DNA of 64,000 bases, taken from Octopus sinensis (lineage: Eukaryota). The notes beneath the pieces were generated by a model, which was not told where the DNA came from, did not search any database, and saw only the letters and a list, made by a program, of their open reading frames with translations. The translations under genes were made by a program, and so were the position numbers. The stretch is taken from NCBI RefSeq assembly GCF_006345805.1, contig NC_043006.1, positions 44,268,001 to 44,332,000 of the forward strand. Reading direction: 5' to 3'. Each line of letters begins with the position of its first letter. The first letter of the stretch is position 1. Shown piece by piece: positions 56,852 to 64,000 of this stretch.

Positions 56852-57356
56852 GTCTTTGGGGACGTGTGTGCATGCATGTATGTGTTTATGTATGTAGCAG
56901 CAGCAGCAGCAGCAGCAGCAGGAGAGGTTTAATCAGAACTGTATCTGATGCACCCTGAACACCAGGTGGTCCTCTTGTATACCTGATACTGTTATACCTG
57001 AGAAAGTAGGCAGCACCAGTATTGAGAAAAGAATAATTTTGAACCAGATGTGCTGGGCTGATCATGTTATCAGAAATGGAAGATTGAAAGATGCCTAAAT
57101 AGATTTTTTTTATGAGGAGCCAACCAAAGAGAAATGGCAACAGCCACCTTTGCAATATTATGGTACCCCAGGCAAATCAATGCACAGGGCCTTATTGTAT
57201 ATATTCATTGACATTAAATCACAGCAAACATAGATCATTACAGGACCACTTGATTCATAATGTTCCTGGATCCTTTTGGAGCCCTGGGCAACTGACCAGT
57301 GTACCCATGGCTTAGCACTGGAAAAGGCCACAGCATAAACTGAGGAAATGATTTAA

Positions 57357-57578
57357 CCCTTTAGTGTTTAAACTAGCCATATCCAGCCCACATTTGCTAC
57401 TTGCTTTATGCTCTAACTAGCCAGATCCAGCCTGTTACACCTACCCTTCAATGTCATTCTAAAAATATACAATCACATCATTAGAAATTTCAAAGCTATG
57501 AGATAATGCATGTTTAATTGAAAACAATGTGAATAAATTAAGCATTGCATTTGACAGAATATTATGAATGCTAAATGG
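57357..57578 (-). mobile_element. piggyBac-type MITE, family P2
   Basis: ttaa|cccttt...aaatgg|ttaa; reverse complement of the 3477-3700 body. Confidence 0.7.
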
Positions 57579-57599
57579 TTAAAGGTATTATGAAAGGCA

Positions 57600-57965
57600 A
57601 TCTTAAAGCTTTGTGGGTAGATGTGGATAATGGGGAAGCATTGGCTGAAAACGATGTATCATGGAGAAAGATTGTTGAGATAAGATGAGATATTTATGTG
57701 CAAAAATGAGTGGCCCACACTGCTCTGAAGATTTTGCTCTGTAAGCAAGACTCAAGTACAGAGCCTGCAGAAATGAAATCCAGCTTGAATTGAAATGCAA
57801 TGCATGTGGACAAGTACTTCTCTCAAGAGCTGGATTAGTCAACCACCTAAACTCACTCACAAGAACCAGAGAGAAATCAAGCAGCTGGTGAGATGGTTCT
57901 GCTACCATGGCTTAATTTGCAAGTCAGCATGTGACCTGGCCAGGCATGGTAAAATACATGCAGTC
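57600..57965 (+). mobile_element. Decayed RTE (BovB-type) LINE C-terminus with C2H2-like fingers
   Basis: EALAENDVSWRKIV followed by CNACGQVLLSRAGLVNH and a second LICKSACDLARH-type finger. Confidence 0.55.
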
Positions 57966-58109
57966 ACAAATGTAATTCACCATACACATATCTATCCATC
58001 TCTCTCTCTCTCTCCTCATATGTATGTAGGTATGTATGTATGTATGTACATATATATATATATATATATATTTTTTTTTTTTTTGACATTGGTTTTAGCT
58101 AGTGAACAT

Positions 58110-58990
58110 ATTTGTATATGTGCAGACTTGTATGTTTAGCTTTATGTATGTATTCTCATACATATAGTTACATATCTAGACATGCTCATATATATTTAAA
58201 TTATAAACTTCTGGAAAGTTTTACAGATTTTTACAGTTCCCATGATGGATTGGATCTGTAGTCTTCAAATTAGCTTTCTCTTTTCTGGTTTTGAGAAACT
58301 TAATTTCTCAAGAAAGGTATTTAGGTAGAGTGTTACATATCCCATGGCCCCAATAACTACAGATATAAACCTGAACTTGTAATCTGGATACAGTAACTAC
58401 AGATTTCTCAATAGTTCGGCATAGGTATTCTCTTTTTCACTGATCTTCAGTTTTATGTTAACATCCGCTAAGCATCTAATTTCCACAACTGTGCACAGTT
58501 TCTCTTCTCTATCCCAAATCATTATATCAGGTCTATTGTGCTTACATTTTATTGAGGTCTTCACTGGTACATTCCACCAGCATTCCTTTTTATTATGAGT
58601 GGCTATGGCTTCTACCATACTGTGGGTTCTTATCTCTTTATCCTCATGATTATCCTTCAGACAGATTTCATTATAGAGTGGCCTAGCTACATCATCATGC
58701 TTCATCAGTAGATAATACCATGATGACATTTTTAGACAACTGCTTATGATGTGGATGATATCTTTGGTGTTAACTCCACAAAGTCTGCATATATGTATGT
58801 ACGTAGGTACGTACATATGTATGTATGTCTGTAGGTATGTACATATGTATGTATGTGTGTATGTATGTATGTATGTATGCATGTGAGACCCTTCCACACT
58901 CTTTTGCATCTTTTGTCATACATGATAGCACAAAACAAAATCTTTCTGCTCTCAACAATACGGAGAATTTCTGTAATGTTATAAGTCATA
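58110..58990 (-). mobile_element. R4/Dong-type non-LTR element 3' fragment (copy 3)
   Basis: CRLCG...HIISSC zinc knuckle, KHDDVA, then KHNRPDIMIWDREEKLCTVVEI; (TATG)n expansion upstream of the knuckle; 58110-58639 aligns with 56322-56851. Confidence 0.82.
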
Positions 58991-59329
58991 TAGTTTGGCA
59001 TTTCCTGCCCTAAAATATTCCCTGACCTGGTTTTGACATAAGAGCAGGGTCAGCTGCTAATCTATTTTAATCTGTATCTTCCACCTGACAAGAGAATATA
59101 AAACAGAGCACTCCTTATGTCTTGGCAAATGTATATTTATGCAGAAATAAAACTTTAAAACCATATTTTAGTTAATCTTTCAGAGACAGTAAGACCGAAG
59201 GTTTATATCATCATGGCATAATTGAAAGTAATATCATCATGGTTTGAGGTATCTTTGCAATATATACATTCTATTCTTTTATTCATTGATTGATGATGGT
59301 CTATCGTAAACCGCCTTCATTATTATAAC

Positions 59330-59720
59330 TTTTACATTCTGAGTTCAAATTCCACCAAAGTCGACTTTGCCTTTCATACTTTCAGGGTCAATAAATTAAG
59401 AACTAGTTGCGCACTGGGGTCAATCTAATCGACTGGCCCCCTCCCCCAAAATTTCAGGCCTTGTGCCTAGATCAGAAAAGATTATTATAATTGTTGGCAA
59501 AGGTGGCAAGTTGGCAGAATCGTTAGCACACCAGGCAAAAGGCTTAGTGATATTTCATCTGCTGCTACGTTCTGAGTTCAAATTCCACCAAAGTCAACTT
59601 TGCCTTTCATTCTTTCAGGATCAATTAAATTAGTACTAGTTACGCACTGGGGTAAATGTAATCAAGTTTATACACACCCACCCCAAGCTGCCCTTGTGGC
59701 AAAAATTTGAAATCATTATT
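59330..59720 (+). mobile_element. Two adjacent SINE family S2 copies
   Basis: ttctgagttcaaattccacc...aagtc(g/a)actttgcctttcat appears twice. Confidence 0.7.
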
Positions 59721-60119
59721 ATAATTGTTGGCATCACCACCAGCAGCAGTAGTATCAGCATTAAAATTTAATATGTGTACATTATATAATTGGTGTAAGT
59801 GTGGCTGTGTGGTAAGAAGTTTGCTTCCCAACCAGTGGGACTGGTTCTCAGTTCAGTCCCACTGCATGGCACTTTGTGAGTGGAAATGGTAGATAGAAAC
59901 TGCAAGAAGCCCATCATATTTGTGTGTGTATGTGCGTGTGCATGCATGTGTGTGAATGTGTATGTGTGTGTGGGGGGGTGCCCCATGTTGACATCATATG
60001 ATAGTTGTAAATGAATGACATTGTCATACAAAGCAGTATCATTCATGTCCTATATTCTTCAAGAACTAGTTTCATGGGAAAATGTTACCTTATTTGGAAA
60101 CAGGTGAGGTTTGGTTAAA

Positions 60120-60665
60120 AGAATCATCATTGTTCGACTGTGGTCGAGACAATGGAATTTACTATGTTACACCAAACTTCACAGTCCATTATAGCATTAC
60201 GGAGGTCCTGTTGCTGGATGCCTGTATCCTTGGAGATTACATCAGGGTAGGAGAATGTGCGCCCTCTGGTATCGCTAGCAGATGGCTTCCAGAGGAGAAG
60301 AGTAGAAATTACCTCGTTTTCAGCTCTACAACAATGTCCAGCAAACTGGACTCTTCTACCTTTCACAAGAGATGATACAGGTAGTAATTTCCCATATATT
60401 TGTACTTTGGTTGGATGACGCTTCCATGAGAGATTTTGAGCTCTTGTAAGGAGGTGAGTGTAAATTCCATCCAACCGCCTCTCAAGCTTCTTTGATAACG
60501 TCCAGGTTTCTGAGCCATATAGTAGAATTGGTTCGACTGTGGCTTTGAAGATTTTAAGTTTGAAATCTCTACTTAGATTTGATGACTAGATCTTATGCAT
60601 ATCATTACAGGCTGACCGGGCCATATCCTTTCTAGTTAGAAAATCTTTTTCAGATGATGACATCT
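60120..60665 (-). mobile_element. 5'-truncated RTE-X-like LINE with nearly intact C-terminal ORF
   Basis: FKATVEPILLYGSETWTLSKKLERRLDGIYTHLL...RRVQFAGHCCR...LLLWKP...; ends in a TGATGAT tail. Confidence 0.8.
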
Positions 60666-60998
60666 TTTTCAGAAAGGTTAAAAGAAAGGTATCTGTCCAC
60701 AGAAAATCTGCCACAAACAAACTTTGTCTGACCCATACAAACAAGAAAAAGCAGACATTAAGTTATGAGGATGAAATTCCATGGTGGTATAGGCTGGACA
60801 ATCTTCAATACAGTAAACTGTCGCTCCTCTCACAAGCATCATTTTGTCTGTGAAGCTCAACATCTTCAGATTTAAGTTCAACATTTCTTCCATTGTATTT
60901 CTCTGTTATGAGTAACTTCCAACATCACTGCCCAAAGCATTTCCCCTCAGCACCAGTGTTGGATTAAATCATTAAGAAAAATAAGCATGTGCTTAAAT

Positions 60999-61273
60999 CA
61001 GTGGTTCCAAAATTTTTTGGGCTGCCAACCCCTTGACACTCAGGTCACATTCCTAGTGCCCCCCACCCCAACTAACCATCACAAACATAGACCTTTTTCT
61101 GAAGCAAATTCAAAGCAACTCTATTTCACAAATAAAACTTAACCTAATGAACCCATTATTTTGTTGTTCTTACATGAATCGTACCTCCATTATTGCTCCA
61201 CTTTTCTTCAGTGCCCTCTTGGAACTTTCAACTGCCCCCATGGGGGCAATACTGCTCACTTTGGGACCTACTG
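60999..61273. mobile_element. hAT-Charlie-like MITE nested in 60954-61899
   Basis: CAGTGGTTCCAAA ... TTTGGGACCTACTG termini; degenerate 8-bp TSD gcttaaat/gcttagag at a site reading gcttaggg in the uninterrupted sister copy. Confidence 0.72.
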
Positions 61274-61639
61274 GCTTAGAGCATCAAAGGAAGGTGGGGT
61301 AGCATCACAGAAATGGTAAATGGTTAATGGCACAAAAAAATTACTTTAAACTTACTAAAATAATATTCAAAGTGGTTTATATTATTGGAAATATAATTTT
61401 GAAGTGTTCATGGTGTCATAGTGAGGATCTGATCAAAGACTTTGCCATTAAAAAAAGTAGTGGAAAACTTTACAAATATAAATAAAGTGGAAGTATACAA
61501 AAATAAATATTATTTTCCATCTTACTGGTAGCTTTGTTTCATTTTGAAAAATAAAAACATTTTATGGTTTATTATTGTTTATATTTCGAATTACATATAT
61601 ATATATATATATATATATGGAGGCACCAAAATCTCTTAA

Positions 61640-61863
61640 CCCTTTCATTACTGTATTTATTTTAAGTTGCTCTGTGTTTCTTTCAATTACTTTAAAATTA
61701 CTTTACAAAGAATTTAGTAAAATAACTTAGTTATCATTCAGCTAGTTTTAGGAACATAAATTGTGACTAAGGTTTGGTGGAAGATCTTAATTCAAAACTT
61801 AAGAAATCAAGACATTTATACTCAGAACCAGAGTTGGTTTCAGCCAGGTTGGTATCAAAAGGG
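61640..61863 (-). mobile_element. piggyBac-type MITE, family P1, nested in a hAT MITE
   Basis: ttaa|ccctttc...ggttggtatcaaaaggg, reverse orientation of the 7.4-7.9 kb copies; right TTAA degraded. Confidence 0.7.
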
Positions 61864-62009
61864 ATGCTTAGGGCCTCATTGGGTCTTAATCCAGCCCTGC
61901 TCAGCACTCGTCATTCATAATTCCATTTTATGTCTATACCAGTGCATTTGTCTCTCCTACATATATCAGCTAATATCTTTGATGCCCAGTTGCTCTCTCT
62001 CGAGCTAAT

Positions 62010-62176
62010 CGACTTTTTCGTTTTCCACATGAAACGGAAAATAAGGCTGGAGATGAAATGCCTGTCGTAAAGTGTGTTTCATAAAAGACGGAAGTATATA
62101 GCAAGTATGTTGCGAGTGAAAGAACCTGTTTAATCGAGAATGTAAAAAAGGAGAAAGCAACGTCTTCAGTGTGAGT
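62010..62176 (+). promoter_or_regulatory. Candidate non-coding first exon/promoter on + strand
   Basis: CG-containing unique segment with CGGAAGT, ending in CAGT|GTGAGT donor at 62171, followed by pyrimidine-rich/(CT)n sequence; no ATG-initiated ORF reaches the donor. Confidence 0.25.
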
Positions 62177-62589
62177 ATGTGGTTTGTTGGGTCAACCACG
62201 TCCTCCGCTTCATTTTTTGTTAATCACTCATTCTCATTTAATTGTATATATTTTAATTGTTTGTTTATTCATACGTTTTGTCTCATTCGATACCCTGACC
62301 CCAACGTTTGTTTTGTCTGTCCCCGTATTGTCCCCTCTTTTTCTCAACCTTATGGTGAATAAAGAAATACTCTCTCTCTCTCTCACTTTCTCTCTCCTTC
62401 ACTCTCTCTCTCCCTATCTCTGTCCTATCTCTCTCTCTCTCTCTTTCACTCTCTCCTTCTCTCAGCTCACTGTTTCTGCCTTTATTGCAAATAAATATTA
62501 TGCATACAACAGATCATACTCAATTCATACTCTAGCCCCTCTAGATCTTCCGCAGTCAATACTTATGTCTCACAAACATGTGTTATGAG

Positions 62590-62806
62590 CCCTTTAACAC
62601 TCAAATTACTCAGTCAAATGTAATGCTTATTTATTCACATAGCTTTGAATTAATCATGCATCTCATAGCTTTGAGATTTCAATGATGTGATAGTTTATTT
62701 TTACAATGACATTATATTGTATGTGCAAGAGGTTAGATCTGGTCAGTTTGAACATAAAACAGATAGAATATTTGGGCCAGATATGGTCAGTTTAAATACT
62801 AAAGGG
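62590..62806 (+). mobile_element. piggyBac-type MITE, family P2
   Basis: cccttt...taaaggg|ttaa; body matches 3477-3700. Confidence 0.7.
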
Positions 62807-63161
62807 TTAAACACCTTACTCATACTTCATACAGAGATGTCTTTTAGCAGTAAAAGAAATGAAACCTTTATAGCCAATGGATGTAACAGAACTTATACAC
62901 ATGCTAAATATGAAATGTATTCAATGAAATTCAATATAAATGTTTAGCTTAGAAAGGCACAAGTATGGCAGAGTGGTTAAGGGGCTCACTTTGGAACCAC
63001 ATGGTTTCAGGTTCATACCCACTGTACAACACCTTGACTACTTTAGTCTTCTACTAAAGTCCCAGGCCAAATAATAGCTTGTGAGCAGATTTGGTAGACT
63101 GAAACTGTGTGGAAGCTTGATGTGTGTGTGTGTGTGTATGTGTGTGTCTGTCTGTCTGTGC

Positions 63162-63231
<70 letters not shown>

Positions 63232-63423
63232 CATGTATGTATCTATGTATGTATATATTTAGTTAATATATAATCTTCCGTCACTTTCATTAATCAAATA
63301 CAAAGACATATATATATATATATAAAGTTAATCCAAACATGAAAGCACAAAAAAAACAACAACGCGAGAACGTGGAACAAATATAGTATTATTGGATGCT
63401 CAGGAAGGAAGGGAAGAAGGAGG

Positions 63424-63458
63424 GTTTAACGTTTCGAGCGGAGCTCTTCGTCAGAAAC
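63424..63458 (-). ncRNA. Intact minimal type-I hammerhead ribozyme motif
   Basis: GUUU-CUGACGA-A-GAGC-UCC-GCUC-GAAA-CG-UU-AAAC: canonical CUGANGA and GAAA, perfect stems I and II, ACGU palindrome in place of stem III. Confidence 0.75.
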
Positions 63459-63656
63459 ATAGGAGAAGGAAAGATCCAGAGAAGGGAAGACAGAGGAAAA
63501 AAAATCGCCAACGGTACACACGCGGTCACACATACATACATACATTACATGCATATATATATATATAGTTGAAATTTATAGAAAAACAAAAGATGAAGAC
63601 AGGTGAATGAACAACAAACAGGTGTATTAGTTTGACACTCGGGAAAATGGAAAAGT

Positions 63657-63692
63657 CTTTTACGTTTCAAGCCTACACTCTTCAACAGAAAG
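63657..63692 (-). ncRNA. Variant minimal hammerhead motif (CUGUUGA core)
   Basis: CUUU-CUGUUGA-A-GAGU-GUAG-GCUU-GAAA-CG-UA-AAAG; stem I perfect, core A6>U. Confidence 0.5.
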
Positions 63693-64000
63693 GAACACGA
63701 GGAAATTAACAGAATGTGTGTGTGTGTGTGTCCTTGTCTCTATGTTTGTCAACCCCCTCCCCAATTCTGCTGCAGCTTGACAATCAATGTTTGTTTGTCA
63801 AAATAGACCAATAGTTAGGCAAAATAGACCAATAGAATAAGTACTAGATTTGATAAACAACAAACAAACAGACACATAAGTATTGTGGATGATTTGCTTG
63901 ACTGAAGCCTTCAAGGCTGTGCCTCAACATAGTCACAGTCCAATGACAGAAGCAAATAAAAGATATAAGATGAATAAGATAAGGAACATAATTTCATAAT

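Larger units (their letters stand above)
60954..61899 (+). mobile_element. hAT-type MITE (same family as 54583-55274) carrying two nested MITEs
   Basis: TIRs CAGTGTTGGATTAA / TTAATCCAGCCCTG; exact 8-bp TSD CTCAGCAC (60946-60953, 61900-61907). Confidence 0.88.

Overview
AT-rich, repeat-dense eukaryotic DNA. The SINE families, (TA)n/(CA)n/(CAT)n load and TTAA-flanked MITEs resemble an octopod cephalopod genome (inference, no search run). One protein-coding gene is recognisable, on the minus strand: the 5' end of a misshapen / MAP4K4-TNIK-MINK1 (GCK-IV Ste20) kinase. Coding exon 1 is 52058-52114 (MATQSVNVSLDDIDLSSLR) and exon 2 is 49952-50017 ([22 protein letters not shown]). I could not find exon 3, so the left ~50 kb appears to be one giant intron. 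The rest is tRNA-derived SINEs, RTE, RTE-X-like and R4-type LINE fragments, hAT and piggyBac MITEs (several with exact TSDs and nesting), a 2-kb piggyBac transposase fossil, and microsatellites. The most interesting signal is six minimal type-I hammerhead-ribozyme motifs of the Penelope-like-element kind, in four different carrier families. They include (i) an element joining a tRNA-like Pol III head to a hammerhead tail with an inverted 5' end (14.1-14.4 kb), (ii) a 184-bp inverted repeat with a hammerhead in each arm (43.1-43.6 kb), and (iii) two same-strand hammerheads about 200 nt apart with matching ACGU palindromes (63.4-63.7 kb). There are also candidate ETS/YY1-rich regulatory elements and possible alternative first exons near the gene's 5' end. 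Most ORF-track entries are microsatellite or repeat artefacts. Repeat boundaries without a stated TSD are approximate.
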